A stretch of DNA of 64,000 nucleotides from Octopus sinensis (lineage: Eukaryota), in assembly GCF_006345805.1 (NCBI RefSeq), contig NC_042997.1, positions 135,346,001 through 135,410,000 on the forward strand, read 5' to 3'. Position numbers and translations under genes: made by a program. The first letter of the stretch is position 1. Every line of letters starts with the position of its first letter. Of this stretch, positions 1 to 12,182 are shown piece by piece. Under the pieces are notes generated by a model. It made no database searches. It worked only from the letters and a program-made list of their open reading frames with translations, and had not been told where the DNA came from.

Positions 1-368
1 TATGTGCATCTCTGATCACGAGCAGAAGTAGTGGGGGAGCATCATAGCCATGTGTTGAGAGGGATTCTTTGGGGTTTGAATAATTCACCTCTGGAAACAT
101 GGGTGGTTCTTTCAACATCCTTAAACAACCCTTATTCAGGGACCTTTTGAGCGGGATGGGCTACTCAACCTGAAGAAAATTCTAACTGGGCCCCACCTGC
201 AAGGTCATGTGCTGTTTATCTTGATATGAGATCACCATGTCGCGCTCATATGGTTGTGATGCATGTGCCTGGTGTACCTTTATCAGACGGGTAGTCATGA
301 TGGGTATATTGGGCTTCGTATATTTGACCCCAGTGTCACTTTGATGGCATGAACTGCTCTCTCACTCA
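1..368 (+). mobile_element. 3' end of a non-LTR retroelement family with a (TAA)n tail (copy 1 of 3)
   Basis: Closely similar to 32688-32950 (+) and 42155-42700 (-). All three end ...CACTCAATAATAAT. No coding sequence in this part, so the clade is not assignable. Confidence 0.7.
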
Positions 369-515
369 ATAATAATAATAATAATAATAATGATGATGAT
401 GATGAATAATAATAATAATAATGATAATAATATGATATAATTAATAATAATCATAATAATAATAATAATAATAATGATGATGATGATGATGATGATGATG
501 ATAATAATAATAATA

Positions 516-588
<73 letters not shown>

Positions 589-602
589 TGATGATGATGA
601 TG

Positions 603-663
<61 letters not shown>
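369..663. repeat. (TAA)n/(TGA)n trinucleotide microsatellite (element tail)
   Basis: Directly visible. Explains the poly-Y/H/I/M ORFs at 441-734. Confidence 0.97.
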
Positions 664-665
<2 letters not shown>

Positions 666-854
666 TGCTGCTGCTGCCTCTATTGAATTGATATTATTCT
701 CTAAATGTGTGGGAATTGTCTTCTGAAATAACATGAAAACTTACTGAAGCTAACAGGAATATAACTCTGTATAATATATATGCACCAGAGTTATACAGAT
801 ATACGTGCCATTACAAAGTGGTGCATGCAGAAATCTATACATACATACTTTACA

Positions 855-886
855 TATATAGAAATTTATGTACACACACACACACA

Positions 887-944
<58 letters not shown>

Positions 945-1107
945 AAGAGAGAAGGAGATAGATAGATAGATAGAATGATAAATAGATAGATAGACAGATG
1001 TACACAATACAAACATACATATATTTATAAGTATACAAATAGTATATATGTATACACACACAAACACACACACACACACATATATATATGTATATATATG
1101 CATATAT
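855..1107. repeat. Compound (CA)n/(TA)n/(GATA)n microsatellite
   Basis: Directly visible. Confidence 0.9.
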
Positions 1108-1586
1108 GGATACAGGACATCACTAACAGTAAACAACATGAAATACAAGAACAAATGAGTCCAATACGTAAACAACAAGAGAAACAAATGGAAAACAGGG
1201 CAAGTAACATAAAGAACGACCCTTCATCAGGTGTCGGCCTCTCTATCTACTATTTATTTCGACACTAAACGACAATCTGAGTCTTCGAAGGCAGATACTC
1301 CCATGGGTTCCAAAGCAAAATTTGGGATTTATGGAAGGTCAGAGTTGGGAAGAAAAACAGGATAGTGGTGAAATACAACGAAAAAAATGGAGGGCTGTTA
1401 GACTAGAACAAGGGTAAAATAGCAAAGGGTGGGGAAATATTTTCTTCGGCAGACAACCGACGACTGATGAAGGGTCGCTCTTTATGCTACTTGTCTTGTT
1501 TTCCATATTTTTCTCTCGTTATTTGCGTATTGAACTCATTCGTTTTCGTATTTCATGGTGTTTACTTTTGGTGTCACCCTGTACCC
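1108..1586 (-). mobile_element. Penelope-like LTR fragment with an inverted 130-bp arm
   Basis: 1108-1237 and 1457-1586 are imperfect inverted repeats. The minus strand of 1455-1108 is colinear with the plus strand of ~2760-3120. A truncated copy plus inverted terminal arm is typical PLE architecture; family assignment is inferred. Confidence 0.5.
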
Positions 1587-1591
1587 AAATA

Positions 1592-1594
<3 letters not shown>

Positions 1595-1635
<41 letters not shown>

Positions 1636-1711
1636 GTGTGTGTGTGTGTGTGTGTATGTGTGTGTGTGTATAATATATATATATATATACATTCAAACAC
1701 ACACACACATA
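1595..1711. repeat. (TA)n/(TG)n/(CA)n microsatellite
   Basis: Directly visible. Confidence 0.9.
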
Positions 1712-2412
1712 TACTAGCTGGTGTTCCCGGTAATTCCTGAGGGTAAATATGTTCTATTGAAATGCCATATTACTCAGATATGAGAAGGCAATTGAGTTAT
1801 AACTGCCACAAATGATGTATTTTCCGTCACGAAAAAATACAATAAAATGTCTTCTGGAGGAGGGAGAGATTGTTGGAGGTTGGCGAGAGAGGTTTTCGAA
1901 GGTTGGCTAGGAAGATTGTCGGAGGTTGGTGAGAGAGGTTTCATAAATATATGAATGAATTGTTTGAAGAAAGTGCAATAATAATGTTTAGCAGTTCAAA
2001 ACTGTGAGTAGTGAAATCCAGGACTAGGTCGGCTGATCGTGAGAATCAAATATTGATCGCTTCGCTAAAACTGTAGGTAGCATGGTTTATTTCCCATGAG
2101 TTGTTTAAATAAAATATTAGTAATATGTAGTAGATAGAAGGATCCGCTGGAGGAGCCCTATTATCGATCTTTTTCAACAATCTAAGTATGTCACGAGGTT
2201 TCCAGACATCAGTTCTATTCACCTGTCAAATAAAGTGATATTGTTTGCAAAAATTAGAAATTGGACACACAAAAAAAGCAATATTCAAAGTAATCGAACA
2301 TAAACAATGAAATGGATTATTTCCCTTGAGTGTTTAAAAAATATTGGGCAGATGCTATTGGTTATTTCCCTTGGGTGTTCGATATACAAACAAATCAACA
2401 CCGATTTTCCAT
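1712..2412 (+). mobile_element. Possible non-autonomous Helitron/Helentron-type element
   Basis: Starts ACTAGC...CCCGG right after a TA/CA tract and ends ...ATATACGTAGCAGAT before (TA)n. Internal sub-repeats: GATTGTYGGAGGTTGGYGAGAGAGGTTT x2 and TGGTT(T)ATTTCCC(A/T)TG x3. No coding evidence. Confidence 0.3.
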
Positions 2413-2453
2413 ATACGTAGCAGATATGCATATATATATATATATATATATTT

Positions 2454-2497
<44 letters not shown>

Positions 2498-2509
2498 TTA
2501 TAGAATTAT

Positions 2510-3120
2510 TTGATTGAACGCCACGCATCTGTTTCCAAGTAAGTTTATCTTAATGTTTTTGATGCGACTATCCTCTATACTGTTTTCTCCCCTTATCGTT
2601 TTCTCTGTCTCTCTCTTTCGTCCAACTTTCTCCTTTATTCTCTCTCGTTGCTCACACGTGACCATCATCCATATTTCTTTTCCGCATGTGATTATTTTTC
2701 TTTACTTTCAGGCCTGTCCTAAAGATTGGACGTATCTTATCTCTCCTATCTTTTCTCTTGTCAAAGAAAATATTTCTCCTACGTTTGTTATTTTATCCTC
2801 GTTCTGTCCTAACGTCGCCACTCCATGTTTGTTTTCGATTGCTTTCCTTTTAGGTTTCCACTGTCATGTTTTTCTTTCCAACCTTGACCCTCCGTAAATC
2901 CCAAATTTAATTTTCGTACTTATGGTAGCAACTGTCTTCAAAGACTCAGATTGTCGTTCAATGCTCGAAATCAAGAGTAGATGGATAGCCGACAACTGAT
3001 GAAGCGTCGTTCTTTATGTTATTTGTCCTGCTTTCCATTTGTTTCTCTTGTTGTGTGCGTATTGAACTCATTTGTTTTCGTATTTCATGTTGTTTACTAT
3101 TGGTGACGTCCCTACCCATA
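2510..3120 (+). mobile_element. Second, longer copy of the repeat family at 1108-1586
   Basis: Shares AAGACTCAGATTGTCGTT...CCGAC(A/G)(A/C)CTGATGAAG...GTATTG(A/G)ACTCATT(T/C)GTT with 1108-1586. Confidence 0.55.
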
Positions 3121-3124
3121 TATG

Positions 3125-3400
3125 GCATATAATATATATATATATATTAATATATATTATATATATATAATATATATATATTATATATTTATATTTATAT
3201 ATATGTATATATATATGTGTGTGTGTGTGTGTATGTATGTGTATATATATAATATATATTATATTTATGCCTATAAATATATATTATATAATATATGTTG
3301 TGTATATGCATGTATGTATTTATTATGAACACACTCTCCCTCTTTGTTATAAATATGTATTTATATATGTAAGTAAATATATATATAGAGAGAGACAGAC
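3125..3400. repeat. TA/TG-rich microsatellite tract
   Basis: Directly visible. Confidence 0.85.
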
Positions 3401-3899
3401 AGGCAGACAGAAAGAGAGAATGAGAAAGAGACAGAAAGTAAAAAAGAAAGAATATATACCAGACTTTAGAACAAATATACTATGATCTATCAGGTGGCTA
3501 AAGTTCTTCAAGGTTTAACCCCCAGCTTAACCACAGTCTAATGACTGAAAAAGAAATCCATAATACGCACGCGCGCGTGTGTGTATGTGCGTGCATGCAT
3601 ATGCGTATATTCACAGAGCCATATGTGTGCTAAGAATTGTGAATCTGGGTGCGTATGCGAAGCTCTTCCTTTGAACTGACTGCACTACCTTAGCCACTTT
3701 TGATGTCATACTACATCTATATTCACTACGAAAGCGGAAAAAATTCAAGCAAGCAGTTTCACAGATTTCGCATCTTCAGCACTTATGCAGCTTCTACTGG
3801 CAATAAGCATTGCCACTACATTTTCTGGAACGAAGAAATTAAGATACGCTGAGACATATAAGTATGTATGTGGGGTACTATGTATGTAGGCTGTGTATA

Positions 3900-3955
<56 letters not shown>

Positions 3956-4170
3956 ACACACAATACCTATATATATATATGTAAACATATATCTATATAT
4001 ATATATATATTTAAATATATACATATGTAAATAATATATATATATATTATATTATATATATATACACACATACCTATATATTATATATATATATATATAT
4101 ATATTATATTATATATATATATGTATATATATATTATGTAAATATAATTATATATATATATATATATATA

Positions 4171-4472
4171 TCACCGTGACGACCAGGCTATCAGATGTTG
4201 CTACACACCGCTGGTCACAATACTCTTCCTTCGCATTGTTTTAGCCTTCAGACGCACTCCGCTGGCTAAGCGAGCAGACCAACAGAAGAAAGAGTGAGAG
4301 AAACTTGTGGCGAAAGAGTACAGCAGGGATCACCACCAAGCCCCTGCCGGAGCCTCGTGAAGCTTTCGGTTGTTTTTCGCTCAATACAACACTCACAACA
4401 CCGGTCTGAGAATCGAAACCGCGATCTTACAACCACGAGTCCGCTGCCCTAACACTGGGCCACATTCGCCTC
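4171..4472 (-). mobile_element. tRNA-derived SINE (family A)
   Basis: Minus strand reads TGGCCCAGTGTTAGG (A-box-like) ... GGTTTCGATTC (B-box-like). Second copy at 10937-11237. Confidence 0.75.
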
Positions 4473-4507
4473 ACATATATATATCTATATATATATATAT
4501 TTATATC

Positions 4508-4538
<31 letters not shown>

Positions 4539-4541
4539 ATC

Positions 4542-4619
<78 letters not shown>

Positions 4620-4649
4620 GAGAGAGAGAGAGAGAGAGAGAGAGGGAGT

Positions 4650-4701
<52 letters not shown>

Positions 4702-4707
4702 TCCTTC

Positions 4708-4968
4708 ACCTTTTACTTGTTTCAGTCGTTTGACTGCGGCCATGCTGGCACACCACCTCGAAGTTTTAGTCGAAACTATCGACCACACTATTTATTATTT
4801 TTTTAAAGACTAGTACATAGCAAGGTGACACGCAGTGGGACTGAGCCAGAAATCATGTGGTTGGGAGGTAAGCTTGTTACCACATCTTTTACTTGTTTGA
4901 ATCACTAGACTGCGTTCTTGCTAAAGTACCACCCTGAAGAAAATTTAATCGAACGACACAAAGACACA

Positions 4969-5016
<48 letters not shown>

Positions 5017-5160
5017 ACCGGCTTCTTTCAGCTTCCATCTACCTTATCCACTCATAAGGCTTTGGTCGGCAGAAGACCCTTGCCTGTGTTACTACGCCGT
5101 TCGATTGAATCTGGAACCATGTGATTGATACGATAACTTCTATCATACAGCCAGCCTGCA
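4708..5160 (-). mobile_element. tRNA-derived SINE (family B, CORE-like), rearranged copy
   Basis: Contains TTTTACTTGTTTCAGTC..TGACTGCGGCCATGCTGG and GGAACCATGTG segments shared with 60694-61110 and 62520-62905. Confidence 0.7.
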
Positions 5161-5172
5161 CCTATCTATCTA

Positions 5173-5240
<68 letters not shown>

Positions 5241-5247
5241 CTATCTA

Positions 5248-5289
<42 letters not shown>

Positions 5290-5540
5290 TATATATATAT
5301 ATATATAATTTCAACAATTGAGGGTAAAATTAATTAATTAATCAATTTCACCAAGTATTCAGTATGCAAAGGGACCATTTAAGGCGAATTCATATTATTA
5401 CATTATATAAAAGGGCTTAGTAAAATAAATTACTTTGCCGCATACTGAACTCATTAGAAATAGCAGCTAAAAAAACTTTTTTAAAACTATTTCTAATACT
5501 TAAAGAAAACCTCTCTCATATAGTGTTTGCTCAACTCAAC

Positions 5541-6440
5541 TCACGAAAATATGGGGGTATGTGTGAGTGTGTTGCATTTATCAGCAGTTCTGTGTGTGTC
5601 AGTATGCATTGGGTTTCTCCAGGTGGTGTGTCTGTATGTGCGTGTACGTTCTGTACATGTTGGTACTGAGTAGCGTTTGTGTGTGTGTATATATATGTGG
5701 GTATGGTTTAAGTAGATTTCCGGGCGGGGGGTACATGTGTGTGTGTGCTGTATTTGTGAGTGATTTGTTTTGTTTGTATTGTTAGTGCAGTGTGTGTGTA
5801 TACGTGGATATGTGTTTGTGTGAGTGTGTCTATGAGTCTTGTATATGTAAGGGAGGTGCGTGTCACTGTGTGTGTGTGCATGCTTGTCTATGTTTGTATG
5901 TCTGAGTGTTTGTGTGTGTTTGTTGTGTTTGTTGGAATTGTATTGTGTGCATATGTGTGTTTTTTTTTTCCTTTTCAGTGTGTGCGTGATTTTTACTGGG
6001 GAACGGGCGTATTGTGTTTGTATGTGTGTGTTTGTGTACATATGTGTGCATATATGCGTGTGTGGGGTTTGTGTTGTATTTGCCTGTTTGTGTGTGTATA
6101 TCTGTGTGTATGTGGGTGTGTTTGTGTGAATGTAACTTGTGATTGTCAGGGTGGTGCGTGTAGGTGTGTGCATGTACGTGTTTACGTATGTATGTATGTG
6201 TATGTGAGTGTTGTTTATAGTTGCTAGAATCGTATTGCAATGTATATATTTTTCCTCTAATTTCAGCTCAGAGCTGCGGCCATGCTGATGCACCGCCGTA
6301 TGTATGTGTTTTTTCTTGGAATGTGTTTGTGTTTGTGTTTGTGATCTAGTGTCGGGATATTGTGTTTTTGCGTGTATGTATATGTATGTGTGTGTGTTTG
6401 CATGGGGGCTTTGCATTGTATATTTGTGTGCGTGTGATTA
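5541..6440. repeat. Degenerate GT-rich low-complexity block
   Basis: Directly visible. Source of the CV/HT-rich ORFs. Confidence 0.9.
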
Positions 6441-6679
6441 TAACAGCACATACATACTCAGACAGACACACACACTCACGTACCCCCCCACACACGTACA
6501 CAGACATAACATCCCCACCAACGCAAAACATACAAACATACACACGCACACACAGACGCACACATACACGCACGCGAACAAACACATCCACACAACACCC
6601 TGACAAATTCTAATCACACACATACACATACACACAAATGCGCACACATATACACACACCTTCCTACCAAATATAAAAC

Positions 6680-6712
<33 letters not shown>

Positions 6713-7300
6713 TGTATGTATGTATGTATGTATGTATGAATGTCTATAAAAAACCTGAACGTAATACACAATTGTCTGAAGAAAATCACATTCAGTTGAA
6801 TGCTAAAAATTTGAAGTGCTCCATTATCAACTCCCAAACAGATTGGGGTTAGACTACATAGAGCAATTCTGGAGTTACTATCATCACATGATCCAGAAGG
6901 TCATATGATTAATGATGCATCATTACGCGTGCATGCTAATAAGATGGATGGTAAGAACATGCAGGTAACTGACTTATTGGATTCTGAGATCATTCAGAGC
7001 TAGAAACATGGAAACTATTTTGGGCCTCTGAAGAACCTTTCCTCCTTATCGCCTGGACCGCGGTTTCGAACAACACATACATACTCAGACAGACACATAC
7101 ACACACGCACTCACGTGCACGCGCACACGTACACACACATAACATCCCCACCAACGCAAAACACACAAGCATACACACGCAGACACAGAGGCACACATAC
7201 TCACACGCGAACAAACACATCCACACACAAGCACACACACAAAACCCTGACAAATTCTAATCGCACACATACACACACAAACGTGCACACACATACACGC
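6441..7300 (+). repeat. Two ~220-bp CA-rich direct repeats (6441-6660 and 7070-7300)
   Basis: Shared unique anchors CATACTCAGACAGACAC, CATAACATCCCCACCAACGCAAAAC and ACCCTGACAAATTCTAATC. Confidence 0.85.
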
Positions 7301-8149
7301 ACATTTACCCTGTCGGACAGGGTAAAATTAGCAGCGGAACTGAAAGCAAGCCAACACAAAAAAAGATTACCTCTGTGGAACAGGTAAGTCAACGGGAGTA
7401 TTTGTAATATCTAGAACGAAGACACGAAAGATCGGCATTCAGATTAATGTGCGTGCGTGCGCGTGTGTGTGTGTGTCAGCGCGCCCATGCGTGTGTGTGC
7501 GTACAGAAAATCTGCAGAGTGTAGCTTTTAACTTTGGGACTGAAAACTATAACAAACCCCGAACTGAGTGCTACTGCATAGTACCAAATGCTCAACATTT
7601 CCCAAATGGAGTAAAGATCAATTAAGTTAAAAACTTAATTGAGTCAAAAGCTCACAGTTTTTTAATACCTTTCCAGGTGGGAATATATTTTCAATAACTT
7701 TCCAGGCGGGAATATATTCAAATAACAATCACATCCAAACAAAAATGCGAACAAGCGTGACGTTGTCCAACTTCCTCTTTTACCCAAACAATACATGGAG
7801 TGAGGGCTGGGAAATAAAGTTAAATAAACTGATAATCACAATTTCTGGTCTTGAGGATGGTCAGAGTTTCTAAATTATTTTTTCATGGCAATTTTTGCGG
7901 GGAGCAGAAAAATCGACGTACAGACATCTATTTTTGTATCTTTAGTTTTAAAGAATTTTTGTTTTAAAACAAATAGCACAAAATTATTTACTTCAACCTG
8001 GATTCCACGCGTAGAACTAATTGTATCACATTACGAAACACTGGCTGTTTCTATTTCTCTTCAAGAAGGGCTCAACTCCATTAAATACGAAATAGATATT
8101 GATGAAGTTACGATTGTTAATGGTACATCTGGGCTTTCTTCACGTTCAA

Positions 8150-9150
8150 AATACGTATTAAATGACATTATATATCAAGTTCATTTTATGAAAGTAAGTT
8201 TGAGCAATTTCTGAGGGATTTAGAACTGTCAAGAGACAAAGTTTCTCACCTCTCATTTGAAAGAAAGACATTTGCTTGAAGAAAGCAAAACAGTTGGTTA
8301 CTATAGGAAGCAAAAGTTTGATTTGACATTTTATACTGAAGTGGATGGTTCTCTCTGTTATTGTCATGACTTAATGGACATTTCGTAAGTTTATCTGAAA
8401 GGCATGTTGAAAGTGAATGGCAAAATTCTATAGATTCATCAATACGAAATTTAGAATCTGTTTTATTGCATTATTGAATTTAAAACTATCTGCTGCCATC
8501 ACACATTGTGTGCATTTTAAAGAATCTTATATTGACATGGAGATACTTTTAATGCAATTCACGACAACGATCAATAATAAAATCTTTGTGGACATCTTAA
8601 ACTAATTGCTATGTTAAAAGGCGTGTAGAGATGATTCACCAAACACTACCACTTTCTATGAATTGGTAATTCACGTATTACAGAGCATTATAATCAAAGA
8701 AAATGACCAGCCAGATGGTCAAATATTCCAGGAAAACAGTATCATCTCCACAACCTTTTTAGTTAATCCAGAGAAACGTGTTCCACACATCACATTCGTC
8801 TCGGTTTGATGGTATTTATTAAGACCATGGATAAAATACCCAAAAAGATTTTGATTTTCCTCTGAAATGTTTGGAACATTAAGTTTTACACAATAAATGA
8901 GGTAATATTATAGAACATCTAATCTGGAATGTATTAAAGGATGAAATTTTAATATATCACACGCAGCACTTGAGCTAAAAACTTCGCGTTCTTTCAAACA
9001 TGCTATCTTGTAAGATTTCATTTCTATTTGAAATTGATATGAGGGTTTATAGGGGTTTAATATCTTGCATATAAATATAAAATCATCTAGCCTCCAAATA
9101 TGAGACAAGAAGAGCTGATAATCTGCTGGTAGACTGGCGTTTTCCTCACA
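8150..9150 (+). pseudogene. Decayed DNA-transposon transposase (widespread invertebrate family; Sola3-like assignment tentative)
   Basis: Frame-hopping translation gives FLRDLELSRDK, FYTEVDGSLCYCHD, EWQNSIDSSIRNLESVLLH, HCVHFKESY and CGHLKLIAMLKG. These match the recalled motifs EWRLFIDSSKRSLKAVLLH and CGDLKVIAMLLG. Confidence 0.6.
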
Positions 9151-9675
9151 ACCAAATGACACTCCTATTAAATTTGATATGGAAAAAGAAACATCATTCA
9201 GACAATATTTTCCTAAATATTACTATCAAATCACAGTAAATTAAGATAGAACCAAAAATACGAATCAAATTTATCCAATCATTGAAGCATTGTCGATCTT
9301 TACAATATTTGTTGAAGCTGAATCTAGTTGAGTGAACAGGACGTAAGACATTGGGCAGCATGTACGGCAACATGAGTGCTGCAAATGGAACGCCAGTAAT
9401 AAATTTACCTCCGAAATGAATTAATCCACTTCCCTTTCAATAACATGAAAATAAAATGAGTACTTCTCTATTCTGAAGCGAATCAAAACACAGTGATACA
9501 TAAAGACTGAAAATCGAACGCGATGACTCTTACTGGCTGGTCTTCGATTTGTTACAACTTTCAACTGCTGAGTAATTATACTGATTACTATTATTGGTTG
9601 AAATTGTAAACCATACACACATCATTTCACAAATGATTTTTCTTTTCTACTTTAAGCAAAATTAAGTAATTGATC

Positions 9676-10522
9676 AATTACCAACGTTAGTCGAGCAGAA
9701 ACGTTAGCACGCCAGGCGAAATGCGTAGCCGTATTTCGTCTGCCGTTACGTTCTGAGTTCAAATTCCGCCGAGGTCGACTTTGCCTTTCATCCTTTCAGG
9801 GTCGATTAAATAAGTACCATTTACGCACTGGAATCGATATAATCAAATTAATCTGTTTGTCTGTCCTTGTTTGTCCTCTCTGTGTTTAGCCCCTGTGGGT
9901 AGTAAAGAAATAAGTATTTCGTTTGTCTTTACGTTCTGAGTTCAAATTCCGCCGGAGTCGACTTTGGCTTTCATTCTTTCGGGGTGAATAAATTAAGCAC
10001 CAGTTGTGTACTGGGGGTCGATCTAATCGACTGCCTCCCTCCTCCAAAATTTGGGCCTTGTACCTAGAGGAGAAAAGAATATCATATTTTCTAGCTTTAA
10101 ATTAATTACTATCTCTTAACGCTGCCTGATTACAAATTCTCTCTTAGTTTAGGGAACTAGAACACCTTTTTATTCTAACTTCGTTATATATTTCAAATTT
10201 TCCTTTTATGGAACTTGTTTCCATGTAAATCAAACTTATTAAGCAACAACATTTTCATACGACATTAATTCCTGTATATGTAAAGAAGAAAGAAAGAAAG
10301 TCTTGCAACTATTCATTTTCTTGGATGGTATCGGAAAAAACACATACATGAAATATCTAGTAAGGGTCAAAATAGGATTCTAAACTTGATTTTGATGCCA
10401 AGAAACTTGTTCCATTCGTCTAAACAGTGAATCGATATGCACAGAAGATGTTTCATAGGCTGTTTGGTATTATATGCATTTCCAAAATGTACGAAGTTTT
10501 TAGGCGAAGTGGTTTTAACCAA
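9676..10522 (+). repeat. 847-bp inverted repeat, left arm
   Basis: Reverse complement of 13543-14389. The same spurious peptide appears in ORFs 10367-10588(-) and 13435-13698(+). Confidence 0.97.
9685..10080 (+). mobile_element. Head-to-tail dimer of tRNA-derived SINE family C (Meta/Sauria-like central domain)
   Basis: GAGTTCAAATTCCGCCG..GTCGACTTTG.CTTTCAT.CTTTC.GGG..ATAAAT.AG.ACCA occurs twice. The domain naming is from recall. Confidence 0.75.
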
Positions 10523-10836
10523 AAATTTGATGCATTCAGTATCTAGCGAAAAGTATTGTAAAACACCAGCTATATTGGAAATACACAAATGTATTTGACA
10601 TCCTATAGGAAAATATTATTCAAGCAAGCAGTTTCACAGATTTCGCATCTTCAGCACTTATGCAGCTTCTACTGGCAATAAGCATTGCCACTACATTTTC
10701 TGGAACGAAGAAATTAAAGATACGCTGTGACATATAAGTATGTATGTGGGTACTATGTATGTAGGCTTGTGTATGTATATATACATATATTAATACCTAT
10801 ATATATATGTAAATATATATATATATAAATAAATAA

Positions 10837-10924
<88 letters not shown>

Positions 10925-10936
10925 TACATATATATA

Positions 10937-11235
10937 TCACCGTGACCGACCAGGCTATCAGATGTTGCTACACACCGCTATTCACAATACTCTTCGCATT
11001 GTTTTAAGCCTTCAAATGACGCCACTCCGCTGGCTAAGCGAGCAGGCCAACAGAAGAAAGAGTGAGAGAAACTTGTGGCGAAAGAGTACAGCAGGGATCA
11101 CCACCAAGCCCCCTGCCGGAGCCTCGTGGAGCTTTCGGTGTTTTCGCTCAATAAACACTCACAACACCGGTCTGAGAATCGAAACCGCGATCTTACAACC
11201 ACGATCCGCTGCCCTAACACTGGGCCACTTCGCCT

Positions 11236-11237
<2 letters not shown>
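10937..11237 (-). mobile_element. tRNA-derived SINE (family A)
   Basis: Paralog of 4171-4472. Confidence 0.75.
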
Positions 11238-11284
<47 letters not shown>

Positions 11285-11315
11285 ATATATATATAATATA
11301 TATATATATATATAC

Positions 11316-11387
<72 letters not shown>

Positions 11388-11389
11388 TT

Positions 11390-11778
11390 CACATTTTACT
11401 TGTTTCAGTCGCTTGACTGCGTTCTTGCTAAAGTACCACCCTGAAGAAAATTTAATCGAACGAATCGACTCCATTACTTGTCATCTTTCTAAAGCCTGTG
11501 TCATATTATCTCGTTCTTTGTTGCCGAATCGCTATGTTACAGGCAAGTAAACCCAGCAACACCGTTTATGAAGTGATGGTGGTTGAGAAACACAGACACA
11601 AAGACACACGCATATGTATATATATATGCGACAGGCTTCTTTCAGCTTCCGTCTACCTTATCCACTCATAAGGCTTTGGTCGGCAGAAGACCCTTGCCTG
11701 TGTTACTACGCCGTTCGATTGAATCTGGAACCATGTGATTGATACGATAACTTCAATCATACAGCCAGCCTGCACCTA
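11390..11778 (-). mobile_element. tRNA-derived SINE (family B)
   Basis: Colinear with 62520-62905. Confidence 0.75.
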
Positions 11779-11800
11779 TCTATCTATCTGTCTGCCTGTC

Positions 11801-11888
<88 letters not shown>

Positions 11889-11897
11889 AATCAATCA

Positions 11898-11975
<78 letters not shown>

Positions 11976-12182
11976 AATTGATCAGTGACAATATAAAAAA
12001 TACATATGCGTTAATATAATTTTTTGTAAAGCATAACAAAAGAAAGCAAATCATGGTCAGAAAACATTTTAATTAACACTATTTCATAATTATACAAAAC
12101 GGTTTGAATATGTTTGTACTCTCTCTCTCTCATCTTTTCAATGAAACTTCTAAAGCCTAGGGATTTTTTCTACGTGTATATA

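Larger units (their letters stand above)
3743..5250 (+). repeat. Dispersed direct duplication, copy A (copy B at 10618-11975)
   Basis: Same unique ~150-bp start (ATTCAAGCAAGCAGTTTCACAGATTTCGC...) followed by the same order of (TA)n, SINE, (TA)(GA), SINE and (TATC)n. Confidence 0.9.
10618..11975 (+). repeat. Dispersed direct duplication, copy B
   Basis: Colinear with 3743-5250. Confidence 0.9.

Noticed and set aside
441-1740. Poly-Y/H/I/M and YI/CV-repeat ORFs (also at 5541-7392, 30388-30500, 32433-33070, 41854-42260 and 61844-62441)
   Set aside because: Stop-free read-through of microsatellites, not genes.
1200-3010. CTGATGA motifs as hammerhead ribozymes
   Set aside because: No GAAA after the potential stem II in any of the three copies.
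5541-6660. GT-rich to CA-rich strand switch at ~6440 as a designed fold-back
   Set aside because: Complementarity is mostly low-complexity, with only short shared anchors (TGTCAGGGTG).
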